DNA of 63,436 nucleotides, filler included, from Reclinomonas americana ATCC 50394 (GCA_048213135.1; 17 parts of 17 records of this genome joined end to end with filler, not necessarily neighbours in it), one strand, 5' to 3'. Positions 25,448 through 36,179 are shown, counted from the first letter of the whole stretch. Notes: generated by a model from the sequence alone, not told the origin. Translations and numbers: made by a program.

Positions 25448-26329
25448 ATGACGCGTCTGACGATCGACCGCCGCGGGCTCGTGCTGGCCGGCCTCGCCAT
25501 CGCGGCAGCGCCTCACGCCCCAGCCCTCGCGCAGAAGCGCAAGGAACTGGTGCTCGCCTTCATTCCGCAGGAGAACCCGGAGAAACTCCAGGGCGATATC
25601 AAGGTAATCTCTGCCTGGCTCGCCAAGGAGATTGGCGTTCCAGTGCGCGGTTTCGTCGGGAGTGACCATGCCGCCGCGGTGGAGGCCCTGCGCAACGGGG
25701 ATGCCGACATCTCCTTCATGGGCGCGCTGCCCTATGTCATTGCCAACGCGCAGACCGGTGCGATCGCTGTGCTCGCCGAAGTCTATCGCGGCAGCCCGAC
25801 CTATACCGGCCGCATCTTCGTGCGCCGTGACGGCGCCATCGAAAAGCTCGCAGATCTGAAGGGCAAGGCCATCGCCTTTGCCGATCCGATCTCGGAATCG
25901 GGTTATCTCTACCCGCTCGACATCTTCGTCGAGAACGGCCTGCTCCAGCGCGGCGAGGATCCCAAGCGCTTCTTCGGCAAGGTCTATTTCGCCGGCGGTT
26001 ACCAGCAGGCCATGCAGGCCATGCAGGCCGGGCTGGTTGATGCCGCCGGCGTCAGCCAATACGCCGATCTCCTCCTGACGCCGGTCCAGCAACCGCAGGT
26101 GAAGTGGATCGCCGAGTCGAAACCGATCCCCTCGCATGTGGTCATCGCCCGCAAGGATCTCGACCCAACTCTCAAGGCGAAGTTCGTCGCCGCCATGCTC
26201 AAGCTCAACGAGCCGCAGAACGTCGCGCTGTTGAAGCATGTCTACAGCCCGGATGGCTATGTAGAGGCTGATCCGAAGAGCTTCGACGGCGTTAGGGAGT
26301 TGGCGAAAGCCTACGGATTGATGAAATAG
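25448..26329 (+). CDS. Phosphate/phosphite/phosphonate ABC transporter substrate-binding protein (PhnD/PtxB-like)
   Basis: Tat-like signal (DRRGLV), AAVEALRNGDAD, DLKGKAIAFADPISESGYLYP. Confidence 0.88.
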   Translation: MTRLTIDRRGLVLAGLAIAAAPHAPALAQKRKELVLAFIPQENPEKLQGDIKVISAWLAKEIGVPVRGFVGSDHAAAVEALRNGDADISFMGALPYVIANAQTGAIAVLAEVYRGSPTYTGRIFVRRDGAIEKLADLKGKAIAFADPISESGYLYPLDIFVENGLLQRGEDPKRFFGKVYFAGGYQQAMQAMQAGLVDAAGVSQYADLLLTPVQQPQVKWIAESKPIPSHVVIARKDLDPTLKAKFVAAMLKLNEPQNVALLKHVYSPDGYVEADPKSFDGVRELAKAYGLMK

Positions 26330-26339
26330 GGGCACCGCC

Positions 26340-27110
26340 ATGCCAGGCAGCGCAGTCGCGCTCGACAATCTGTCCTTTCGTTACAAGGGCGAGGATCGTG
26401 GCAGCCTCGCCATCGCGGAACTGCGGATCGAAACCGGCGAGAAGGTGGCGCTGATCGGCGCGTCCGGCGCCGGCAAATCGACCCTTCTCAGGCTCCTCGA
26501 CGGCCGCCTGCGCGGCTTTCGCGGGCAAGCCAGCGTGCTCGGCCGGACGCTCGATCCGGCCAGGTCGCTGCCGCGCGCCTGGCGTTGCGACACCGGCTTC
26601 GTCTTTCAGGAATTTGCACTGGTTGAGCAGGAGACAGTGCGCCAGAACGTGCTGAACGGGCGGCTCGGGCGCACGCGGCCCTGGCAATCCCTGCTCGGGC
26701 GCTTCGGCGAGGCCGATCACGATGCTGTGGAACGAGCGATGGGCGATGTCGGCATCGCCGAACTCGCTGAAAAGCGAGTCGATCGCCTCAGTGGCGGCCA
26801 GCGCCAACGGGTCGCCATCGCGCGCTGCCTGGCGCAGGATCCCGCCCTCCTGCTCGCCGACGAGCCGATCAGCAACCTTGATCCGGTAACGGCGGAAGCG
26901 ATTTTGGCCCTGTTGCACGATTGTGCGGCGCGCCGGGGCGCGACCTTGCTGGTATCCTCGCACCAACCGCGCCTGATCGCACCTTTCGTTGATCGCTTCA
27001 TCGCCCTCGATCACGGCCACGAAGTCTTCGACGGGCCGCCCGAGGCGCTGCGCGACGACACGCTGGCCGGCATCTACGAGGAGGCCGGACCGATTCCGGA
27101 ACCCGTCTGA
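26340..27110 (+). CDS. phnC: Phosphonate ABC transporter ATP-binding protein
   Basis: Walker A GASGAGKS, LSGGQRQRVAIAR, LLADEPISNLDP, TVRQNVLNGRLG. Confidence 0.88.
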   Translation: MPGSAVALDNLSFRYKGEDRGSLAIAELRIETGEKVALIGASGAGKSTLLRLLDGRLRGFRGQASVLGRTLDPARSLPRAWRCDTGFVFQEFALVEQETVRQNVLNGRLGRTRPWQSLLGRFGEADHDAVERAMGDVGIAELAEKRVDRLSGGQRQRVAIARCLAQDPALLLADEPISNLDPVTAEAILALLHDCAARRGATLLVSSHQPRLIAPFVDRFIALDHGHEVFDGPPEALRDDTLAGIYEEAGPIPEPV

Positions 27111-27203
27111 TGAGCGCGAGGGACAGCCTCGCCATTCCGCCGACAAGGACCGCCGCGCCGCGCCGCCACCGCGGCGAGCGCTCCCGCTCCTACGCGCCAT
27201 TCC
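27110..27203 (+). CDS. Probable start of an ABC permease (PhnE-like), truncated
   Basis: ATG overlaps the phnC stop (TGATG); identity inferred from position only. Confidence 0.45.
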
Positions 27204-27349
27204 NNNNNNNNNNNNNNNNNNNNNNNNNNNNNNNNNNNNNNNNNNNNTTAATTAATTAANNNNNNNNNNNNNNNNNNNNNNNNNNNNNNNNNNNNNNNNN
27301 NNNAAGGTCGGACGTGCAAGGAGGTGCTGGCGAGCGGCACCTCCCCGAT

Positions 27350-27786
27350 CTAGGGGCGTTTCCCTTCGGATGTTCGCGCCCCCAGTAGGGCAGAAACGAA
27401 ATCCTTGACCAGTCGAGTTTTTTGGGCGTCTGGTCGAAAGAGCATGATGCTCTTGAAGTAGACGGCCGGCTCGAACGGTCGGAAAACAAGGCCTCGGACG
27501 TCGAAGCCTTCAGCCGCTGCCGGGTTCGTGATTCCGATCCCAACGCCGTTCAGGGCAAGGGCACACAGTGTTGCCGAGCTTGGTGTTTCGACGATGATTC
27601 TTGGTTGGACACCCTCGGCAGATAGGATGGCGTCGAGGCGATGGCGAGCCCGGTCCTCGGCCGCAAGCGCGATGAATGGTTGGTTCGCCAAGTCCTTGGG
27701 CCTGATGACTTCGCGCCCGACAAGTTGATGTCCCGGTGGAAGGGCGCACACCCCGCGTACGCTGGCGAAGGCCTGATGTTCAAGGC
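27350..27786 (-). pseudogene. C-terminal substrate-binding part of a LysR regulator, disrupted by IS insertions
   Basis: VCALPPGH.L..REVIRPKDLANQPFI...VETPSSATLCALALNGVGIGI; the upstream sequence is IS-derived. Confidence 0.8.
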
Positions 27787-27817
27787 TGTCAAATCGCGTT
27801 GAAGGGCGGCTCTGACG

Positions 27818-29200
27818 CATATGTGGAACGGCCCGACCCGCAAGGGGCATTTGGAAGTCTGATCCTGGTCGGGCGGTGCAGTCATATGTCCGGCCTGTCG
27901 GTGCGGACATGTAGACCGCTGGCCATGATGAGGTCCGCGATATCCGATCGCCTTATCAATCTCGCGGGCTGCAAGGCCCACTGCGTCAGGCGGCGTATCT
28001 GATACCGGGTTCGTGCCCGTCGTGGATCATCCCTCCTTCTGCACCATGCTCTGTGGTCGGCTATTCTGCCGAGATTTTGGATCAGGCTGGGGTCGGTTCG
28101 GGCATCCTGTAGATCCCGCCCTTGGTGAGCAGGGCCCAGATGATCCGCGCCATCTTGTTGGCAAGCGCCACGGCCGCAAGCTTGTAGGGCTTTCGAACCA
28201 GCAGCGCAGTGAGCCAGGCCTGCAACGGCACCCCTCGCTTCGCCTGCTTGATGATCGATGAAGCGCCGACGACGAGGAGCGTCCGGAGCCGACGGTTACC
28301 CTGTTTCGAGATAGATCCGAGCTTCTCCTTGCCTCCGCTGGAGAGCAGCCGCGGCGTGAGCCCCAGCCAAGCGGCAAAGTCTCGGCCGCGCTTGAAGCCG
28401 CTTGGGTCGTAGACGGTGGCGCGAACGGTTGCTGCGATCAGTGGGCCGATCCCAGGAATGCTCGTCAGACGCGTTCCCGCCTCGTCGATATCGATACCGG
28501 CACGTATATTGTCGTCCAGGTGCTCGATCCGGTCGCTCAAGAGGCCGAGCTGCTCGGCCATCTCCAGTAGGGCGGTCCGTGCGAGGGCCGGCAACGGGCA
28601 ATCGGCGTTTCGCACCAGGCCGGCCAGCTTATCGATGCTGGCCATGCCGGTCGATGTGACGATGCCGAGTTCCGACAAATGGGATCGAAAAGCGTTCGCC
28701 AGCTGCGACCTCTGACGGACGAGGAGCTCTCGTGTCTTCAGGAGCATGCCGGCGGCCTGTTGCTCGGCGGTCTTGATGGGCACAAAGCGCATCGTTGGGC
28801 GGGTGACCGCCTCGCATATCGCCGCCGCGTCGGCAGCATCGGTCTTGCCCCGCATCACATAGGCCTTCACGTAGATCGGCGGGAGCATGCGAACGTCGTG
28901 TCCCAACGCCGCGATCTCGCGTGCCCAATAGTGAGCGCTCCCGCAGGCCTCAAGCCCGACCAGGCAGGCCGGCAGCTTGCGAAAGAAATCCAGAATCTGT
29001 GCCCGTCGAAGTGTTCGCCGGACGACGATTTCACCAGCGTGGTCGACGGCATGAACCTGGAACACCGATTTGGCGAGATCCAACCCAACAGCAGCGACGG
29101 CCTTCATGCCTGTATCCTTTGCGAGTGCGAGGAACGCCAGATTGCGAGGCTACCGTATTCCCGAGATGCGACGGGGCAATCGGGCCGTTCCAGAACATCA
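27818..29200 (-). mobile_element. IS110-family (IS1111 group) element; recombinase 28082-29107
   Basis: GLDLAKSVFQVH, EACG, KTDAADAAAI, SIPGIGP and AAWLGLTP..SSGGK; subterminal IRs TGGAACGGCCCG/CGGGCCGTTCCA; repeated TG core. Confidence 0.93.
27835..28081 (-). ncRNA. Putative bridge/seek RNA region of IS1111 element 1
   Basis: About 250 nt of non-coding sequence at the 3' end; shares a motif with element 2; contains a 9-nt match to its own target site. Confidence 0.65.
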
Positions 29201-31066
29201 GTTTCGCTGACGATTGCGATCACTGGGCACCGATCAGACGGGCCTGGAGAAGATCGATCTTTCCGCGGCCGTACATTTGGCGCTTGACGAGCTTGAGCCG
29301 GGTGATCTGCCCTTCGGTCTGGCCGTTCGACCAGGCTGAGATGATCGCGGCGCGAACGGCCGCTTCGTCTCGCCTGACGCCGTTCGCCAGGGAAGCGATC
29401 AGGCTCCTTGTAGCGCGCTCGATCCAGGGCGAGAGCAACTCAGCCCGTTTGGTTTTGATCATGGCGTGGAAGTCGGCGACGAGCTCGCGAGCCTCGACGA
29501 CCGTTGGTACGCCGCTTTCAATCGCCGCGATGGCGACCGTTTCAGCTTTTGTGAGATTGTCGCGGCCGACGGTCATCAACCGTGCGATAGTGCGCGCTGA
29601 GGGAACGCGCGCAAGGCTGCTCGCATCGGTTCTCTCGGCGCGGCGGCGGCGCGTCGCCCATTCCAGGACGACCCTGAGACTCCCTTGGAAGCCGCTTGTT
29701 CGCAATGAGCGCCAGAGTGCCGATGCGTTGCGCGCACCAGCATCCCATTGCGCATCGAGCCAGGGCAAGTGCGCCTCCAGCGAACTCTGGCGCGGTCGGA
29801 AGATGTCGCCGCGCTCGCCACGGACGATCCGCCGGACAGTCATGCGATGATGACCCGTCCGCCGCACGATCTGTTTGATCGGAACGCCGTCCTGCCAGAG
29901 TGCGAGAACGGCTGCATTCGTCTCCTCGCGCCGCAGATAGCTTTCATATTGTAATTTCTCGGCCGCCGTCAGGAGCGCAGGATTCACCACGGTGGCGCCG
30001 ATGGTCCGACGGATCTGGCGCATCGATTTACGCACCGCGTCCAGGAACGCGCGGCTGGCATTCTCCATCAGGTGCCAGCGATCAGCGACCTGCGTCGCCT
30101 CTGGCAAAGCCCGCGCCACCGCTTCTCCATAACCGCCGCCGCGATCACGAGCGACCGTGTGAACAGCGGGTTGATGCCGGAGCCAGGCTTCCGACGTCGC
30201 TGGCTCCCGATCAGGCAGCAGGACAACCGGCCGACGGCGCTCAAGATCGCAGACGATCGTGCCGTAGCGGTGATTGCGCCGCCAGGCGAAGTCGTCGATG
30301 CCGATTATGCGCAATGGTTCGCTTGGCGTCTTGGCGCGTCGCCGGACCACGCGGAGCAATGTGTCGTTGCTGACCGGCAGCATCATCCTGGCGGCAAGGC
30401 TTGCTCCGGGCCTGCCGCCCAAGGCAAGACCGAGGTGCTGGACGATATGGTCGAGGCGTTCGGTCCGCCGTGAGCGCACCGCGAGGACGCCAGTGTTAAA
30501 GCGCTCCGCGAAGATCTGGCGACCGCATAGGACGCCGTCGCAACGAAATCGTCGGACCAGAACCTGAAGCTCGACCCGCCGGCCGCTCAGCGGCAGGTCC
30601 TTTGCTCGTCGCCAGTATCGGCTCTGGATCCGTTGCGAGGTCGCCCCACAATCAGGACATCGACCAGCCGCTACCGGAGATCGGACCCGGACAAGGACAA
30701 GATCGGTTTCGATCGAAACTCCGTCGACAATCAATCCCGCAGGAACGAGGCTGGCTGGCCGAAATCGTTGATCCATCAGGCTGATTCCTCTCGGAAAACA
30801 GCGCCAGATCACCCGCTACATGCAGCAGATTTGAGTCAGAGCCATTTTTCTATGCCGTCAGTGTGGTTCGGATGAACCAGACCGAAGATCGCCGCCATCG
30901 CGAAGATCCAAAGGCGCATTCGGCCAGCTCGATTTAGGCTGCCGCTGCCGGGAGAGTTTTATCGGTGTGGCGTTTTGCCTCGGAAGAGGCAGTTGAACCT
31001 ATAGCAACTACAGGTCCGATAGTTCCTCTCGGCGCCACCCCCGGCGTCGACGAGAGGAACAAGGCA

Positions 31067-31164
31067 ATGACCGAGCCGTCTCAGTCACCTCCGCAGGGAA
31101 TGCTTTGCCCGGCATGTCGGATCAACCTCGTGATGAGCGAGCGACAGGGCATCGAGATTGATTA
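31067..31164 (+). CDS. zf-TFIIB-like zinc-ribbon protein (truncated)
   Basis: MLCPACRINLVMSERQGIEID. Confidence 0.75.
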
Positions 31165-31264
31165 NNNNNNNNNNNNNNNNNNNNNNNNNNNNNNNNNNNN
31201 NNNNNNNNTTAATTAATTAANNNNNNNNNNNNNNNNNNNNNNNNNNNNNNNNNNNNNNNNNNNN

Positions 31265-31675
31265 CAGCATGGGCGAACAGGACGCTGTTCGAGAACGGCG
31301 TCCGTCAGATCGCCGGCCAATGGCCAGGCAAGCCCGGCGGTCGTGGCGCGCTTGAGGTTGTCCTGGATCGTGCTGCGCGCCACGCCGAGCGTGCGTCCAA
31401 TCTCCCACGCACTGACCCCGTCTCGGGCAAGCCGCAGCATCTGTCGTATCTGTCGCATGGTCAGTTCTCTCTTGGCCGGCATCCGGATCCCCTCGCTTGC
31501 GAGGGGCCTGATGCCCGAGGGGCTGACCCAAACGAAAACGCCAAACTCACCGAAAACCGGCCGGGGATTGATCGGAACCCCGGCCGGCTTCAAATCGGAA
31601 TGGTTGCCGACATCAGATCGGAACGGTGGCCGGCTTCAAATCGGAATACCCGGCCGGAATGAATCGGAATCCGCA
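31265..31675 (-). mobile_element. istA: IS21-family left end and N-terminus of IstA (ATG 31482)
   Basis: MPAKRELTMRQIRQMLRL...LGVARSTIQDNL; terminus TGCGGATTCCGA with several internal ATCGGAA repeats (31571-31675). Confidence 0.85.
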
Positions 31676-31752
31676 TCCGTCAGATCCGACGGATAGCGCT
31701 TCGTCTTCCGCGCGATCTCGGCCATCCGGCTCCGCTTCTCTGGCGTCCACAT
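31676..31752 (-). pseudogene. N-terminal remnant of an IS5-family transposase, cut by IS21 and separated from its left end by IS1111 element 2
   Basis: MWTPEKR...KRYPSDLTD motif ends abruptly at the IS21 terminus. Confidence 0.75.
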
Positions 31753-31760
31753 CCAGAGCT

Positions 31761-33111
31761 TGATGATGTGGACGCCCCCGCCCAGCGCCGGCAGCAATGG
31801 TGCTGACCCGGCGATTCGGATCGGGAGGAGCGCCCCATGGTGATCACGACGATTGGTCTGGACTTGGCGAAGAGCGTCTTTCAGGCGCATGGCATCGATG
31901 CGACCGGTGCGACGGTGTTGACGAAGAAGCTGCATCGCAAGCAGATGCTACCGTTCTTCTCGAAGCTTCCGCCGTGCCTGATCGGCGTGGAGGCCTGCGG
32001 CACGGCGCACCATTGGGCGCGAACGCTTTCGGCGATGGGCCATGAGGTTCGCTTGATCCCGCCGTCCTACGTCAAGGCTTTCGTCAAGCGCGGCAAGAGC
32101 GACGCCATCGACGCTGAAGCTATCTGCGAAGCGGTGCAGCGGCGAACGATGCAGTTCGTTCCCGTGAAGTCGGTCGACCAGCAGAGCATCCTCATGACCC
32201 ACCGGGCCCGATCACTGCTTGTCCGCCAGCGAACATCGGTCGCCAACGCTTTGCGCTCGCACCTGGCCGAACTGGGGCTTGTCGCCAATCCCGGCATCGC
32301 CAATCTGGCGAGGCTCGCCGAGCAGGCGCTCGCTGACAGGGATGCGCTTCCATCCTTCGCCCGCGTAGCGCTGGCGATCATGCTGCGCCAGATCGTTGCC
32401 CTTGGGCAGGAGATCTCGGCGCTCGATCGCCAGATCGCTGCTTGGCATGTCGAGAGCGAAGCGAGCCGCAGGCTTGCCGCGATCCCTGGCCTGGGCGTCA
32501 TCACCGCCACCGCAGTAGCAGCCACCGTCACCGATCCCGATCAGTTCCGCTCCGGCCGGCAGTTCGCAGCCTGGCTTGGCCTGACGCCGCAGCAGCAATC
32601 GACAGGCGGCAAGATGAGGCTGGGCGGCATCTCGAAGCAGGGAGACCGCTACCTCCGCCGATTGCTCGTCGTCGGCGCCACTGCCGTCATCCGTCACACG
32701 AAGGACAAACCGACACCCATGGCCGCCTGGATCAGGAAGCTCATGGAGAAGAAGCCCTTCAGGGTCGTGTCCATCGCGCTCGCCAACAAGCTTGCGCGGA
32801 TTGCATGGGTGCTGCTGACGCGGAAGGAGACCTACAGGCCCTACCAGCTCGCAGCCTGAGCGACCGACAAAAGGAGCTGAACAGAATTGGTGACGGCAGT
32901 CGATGATGAGGGACGATCGAGCCAATGACGAGGCCAACCCGTCTGATTCAATGCGCGCCAGCAGCGCGTCATCTTGATAGGGACCTCGCCGGCGGATTTC
33001 CATCAGGGCCAGTGGCAAACATCACGCCGCACAAACAGGCCGGACATATGAAAGCAACCGATCAAATCATCTCGACAAAAAAGTCGTTGCCATAGGGGGC
33101 GTCCACATATG
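31761..33111 (+). mobile_element. IS110-family (IS1111 group) element; recombinase 31837-32859
   Basis: IGLDLAKSVFQAH, EACG, KSDAIDAEAI and AAWLGLTPQQQSTGGK; subterminal IRs TGGACGCCCCC (31769) and GGGGGCGTCCA (33095); TG core at both ends. Confidence 0.93.
32860..33094 (+). ncRNA. Putative bridge/seek RNA region of IS1111 element 2
   Basis: Non-coding 3' end; TGATTCAA (32944-32951) is the reverse complement of the reconstructed target TTGAATCA. Confidence 0.65.
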
Positions 33112-33814
33112 AATCACGCCCTGGCCAATCTGGGAATCTGGAGGGTTCTGTGAGGTCGCGCGGCTGTGATTGAGGTGCGAGGCGCGGTGCGCGACCTCAT
33201 TGAAGCCGGATTGAACGAAGCCGCCGGCACGGGAGCCTATGGGTTTTGTGCGTTCGGGCGGCTGCTCAAGGGGCCGCCGACAGGGCCGATCGCAGTCCTG
33301 ATGGGAACGGGCTGACGGACGCTGCTGGCCGGCAGCGCGGCGCGCGCGGCCTGGAGCCATGGGGGCACGGGCGCGATCGCCGCGACGATGATGNNNNNNN
33401 NNNNNNNNNNNNNNNNNNNNNNNNNNNNNNNNNNNNNTTAATTAATTAANNNNNNNNNNNNNNNNNNNNNNNNNNNNNNNNNNNNNNNNNNNNCCCTGGG
33501 CACAAGCCAGGCGACCTCGACCAACATGGTCACCGCGACAAGTCTGGATAGCCGGCTGCGACACTATGAGGCGGAAGGCGCTCCCAGGAGCGCCTTTTGT
33601 CATGATGCGATGGCCGTAACGCCGTTCGCAGTGACATTGAGTTCTGCATAAACTGGAGGGTTCGAAGAACTCCTTCTTAAAGTCGGGTCTGGCGGCATCC
33701 AGGACTTCCTGGGCGGCTCGAGCGGCGGGACAGTCCGCCTGCTCGTTCTGTATGGGCGCTAACGGCGGGATCATTGCTTCCCTGACGTGCCCTATGCCGG
33801 CGCGGCCCGCGTGA

Positions 33815-34540
33815 GCCAGGCGGCGCAGGTTGTAGATGAGATTGGCCATGCCGATCTTCGTCTTCGCCCTGGCGATGCCGATCGTGCGCACGAACAGGCC
33901 CATCCGGACCTTCTGCTCGGCGAAGAAGTGCTCCACGCGGGAGCGGGTTTTCGACTTCGCGTTGTTGGCCCGGCGCGTCGCCGCCGGCATCGGGCGGCCC
34001 GCCGGCTTCTTGCGATGGATCTGACGAAGCCATGCCTGTCGAGGGAGGCCTTGTTGGCGGCAGACCGATAGGCGGTATCGGCCCAGACCGTGCGGGCCGT
34101 GTTGCCGGGATCGAGCAGTCCCTCGCGTAGGCGAGAGCTCCTTCATAGGCCGCGGCATCCGTCATCAGCCAGCGCCGGATCAGCCCATGCTCGCGGTTGG
34201 CCGAGACGTGGTTCTGGTAGCCGAAGGCCGGGATGGCAATGTCGACCGGCGGCTCGGTGCCGTCCTCCTGCGGCTTGGCCTTGGTAAACTTGACCGTCCA
34301 ACGCGCGTCGCGATCCTTGTGTCGGAGTTTGACCGGCCGTTCCTTCCAAGCCGCAGGGATGCGCCCGGCCTTGATCTCCTGCTTCTTACCTTGAGTGTTG
34401 CGCTGACGGGGGTGCCGCCACCAGGCTGGAAACGCTGCTATGGTCTGCGCCGATGCGATGGCGGGGCCTCGCCAAAGCCACCGCTCAGGTTCACCTCACC
34501 GCCATCGCCTACAACCTCAAACGCACCCGATCGATCGTCA
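33815..34540. pseudogene. Degenerate IS5-family transposase fragments (minus strand about 33815-34410, frameshifted; plus-strand C-terminal fragment about 34420-34540)
   Basis: DRDARWTVKFTKAK, FGYQNH, VWADTAY, RSRVEHFFAEQK..MGLFVRTIG; QVHLTAIAYNLKR on the opposite strand. Confidence 0.75.
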
Positions 34541-34934
34541 TGACAACCGTTTGATCGTGCAAAGTTCGGATCAGCCCGAAGCTGCCGATGACAGCAATGA
34601 ACGCGCCCGAAACAGACAGATCACCACCGTCTACCCCTATCATGCCGCCGCCGGCCACGCCTGGAAGGGCGAGTTGCTGCGCCACATCGCGTGCAGCACG
34701 ACAGCCATCTTGCGGGCTACCGCTACGGCCGCATGTTCNNNNNNNNNNNNNNNNNNNNNNNNNNNNNNNNNNNNNNNNNNNNTTAATTAATTAANNNNNN
34801 NNNNNNNNNNNNNNNNNNNNNNNNNNNNNNNNNNNNNNCGTGACCTTAAAGTCCGGGTCGACTGAGGTCGGCAAGGGCCGTTATAACGTCGACGTAACCG
34901 GCCGCTAATGACAGGCGCGTACCCCATCAAAGCC

Positions 34935-35309
34935 ATGGCTTTTCGGACCACCCGATGCGCGAACGGACCGCGCCGCCCCTTGTGGCAGGCGGTGATCGCG
35001 CATGCCATGGCGCTCGTGGTCTTCATCGGCCTGCTCGTTCCGCATCCGGCGTTCGCTGCCGGAGCTGTTGCGGACCTCGCGTCGGTCACGATCACGAGCA
35101 CCTCGGAGGACACGAACGACTTTCCCAGCGGGTCAGGGGACACCGGGCTCGTCCACCAGGCGTATTGCGCTTGCCATACAGCCATTCGGCCGTCCTGGAG
35201 CGCCGCCTCGGTGGAGCCTGTCCGGTCAGCGGCGGATTTTTCCGCGAGAGCTGACACGCCGCCCCGGCCGAGCCCCGCCTCGCTTCCGTTCAAGCCACCC
35301 CGCGCCTGA
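34935..35309 (+). CDS. Small CzcI/DUF2946-like protein upstream of an RND adaptor
   Basis: Hydrophobic N-terminal segment, HQAYCACH motif, Pro-rich C-terminus PFKPPRA. Confidence 0.6.
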   Translation: MAFRTTRCANGPRRPLWQAVIAHAMALVVFIGLLVPHPAFAAGAVADLASVTITSTSEDTNDFPSGSGDTGLVHQAYCACHTAIRPSWSAASVEPVRSAADFSARADTPPRPSPASLPFKPPRA

Positions 35310-35468
35310 CCATCGCGAGGTCCGACAGCCGCTCGTTTCGAGCGACTCGGGCCTCATCCCACGTCCTGCTCGACAGGCGAGGGTGTTTGGTCGTCGGCCG
35401 TGGCTCCCCAGCGGGCAAGGCCATCGAAGGGTCCGCTCTCTTGAGCGCGACTGTCGGAAGGTGGTAGT

Positions 35469-36179
35469 ATGTTCATCCGTTTCCTCTTCATCATCGTCGC
35501 GCTTGTCGTCGGCGTTGCTGTGGCGAGTCTCGTCCCTGAGGTCTCGCAAACGGCACGGACCGTCATCGGGGCCGTTCCCCTGCCCGGGCTTGCGCAACTG
35601 AGCGCGCGGGAGCCGGCGAAGGCTGCCGCCAAGCAGGCCGAGGACAAGGAAGCCCATGGCAGCGGCAGCAAGGACGATGGCCATGGCCACGGGTCAGGCG
35701 GCACCGAAAAGGAAGGCAGCAAGGAAGGTGTGCTCAAGCTTGGCCCTGATCAGATCGCGGCTGCCAAGATCGAGACGGCCAAAGCCTCCGACGGCACGCT
35801 CGCCCGACGGCTGACCATCCCGGGCACGGTTGCTCCCGCTGCGGACCGCATCGGTCGCGTCGCCGCGAAGGTGGTCGGCACGGTCGCGGAGCTGAACAAG
35901 CAGCTCGGCGATACTGTAGCCAAAGGCGAGGTCGTCGCCATACTGGATAGCCGCGAGGTGGCCGAGGCCAAGAGCGAGTACCTCGCCGCTCAGGTCAATT
36001 TCGACCTGCAGAGGACGCTGTTCGAGCGTGAGCAGTCCCTGTTCCAGAAGAACATCACCGCCGAGCAGCAGTTCCTGCGCGCCCGCACCATCTTCACCGA
36101 GGCGCAGCTGCGCTTCGACCTCGCTCGTCAGAAACTCTCGGCGCTTGGCGTTCCCGATAAGGAGATCGCTGGCCTGTCG
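35469..36179 (+). CDS. Heavy-metal RND efflux periplasmic adaptor (CzcB-like), truncated
   Basis: His/Gly-rich linker, lipoyl-like GTVAELNKQLGDTVAKGEVVAILDSRE, coiled coil FEREQSLFQKNITAEQQFL. Confidence 0.85.

Larger units (their letters stand above)
27808..30843 (-). mobile_element. ISL3-family element (transposase 29220-30776); its right terminal repeat is interrupted by an IS1111-type element
   Basis: Zn-finger CPDCG..RRFRC, IGIDDFAWRR, DRWHL and SNGQTEGQITRLKLVKRQMYGR; ends GGCTCTGACGCA (27808) and TGAGTCAGAGCC (30843). Confidence 0.9.

Noticed and set aside
31571..31675. Short ATCGGAA direct repeats as CRISPR repeats or iterons
   Set aside because: Position and TG terminus fit the multiple transposase-binding repeats of an IS21 end.
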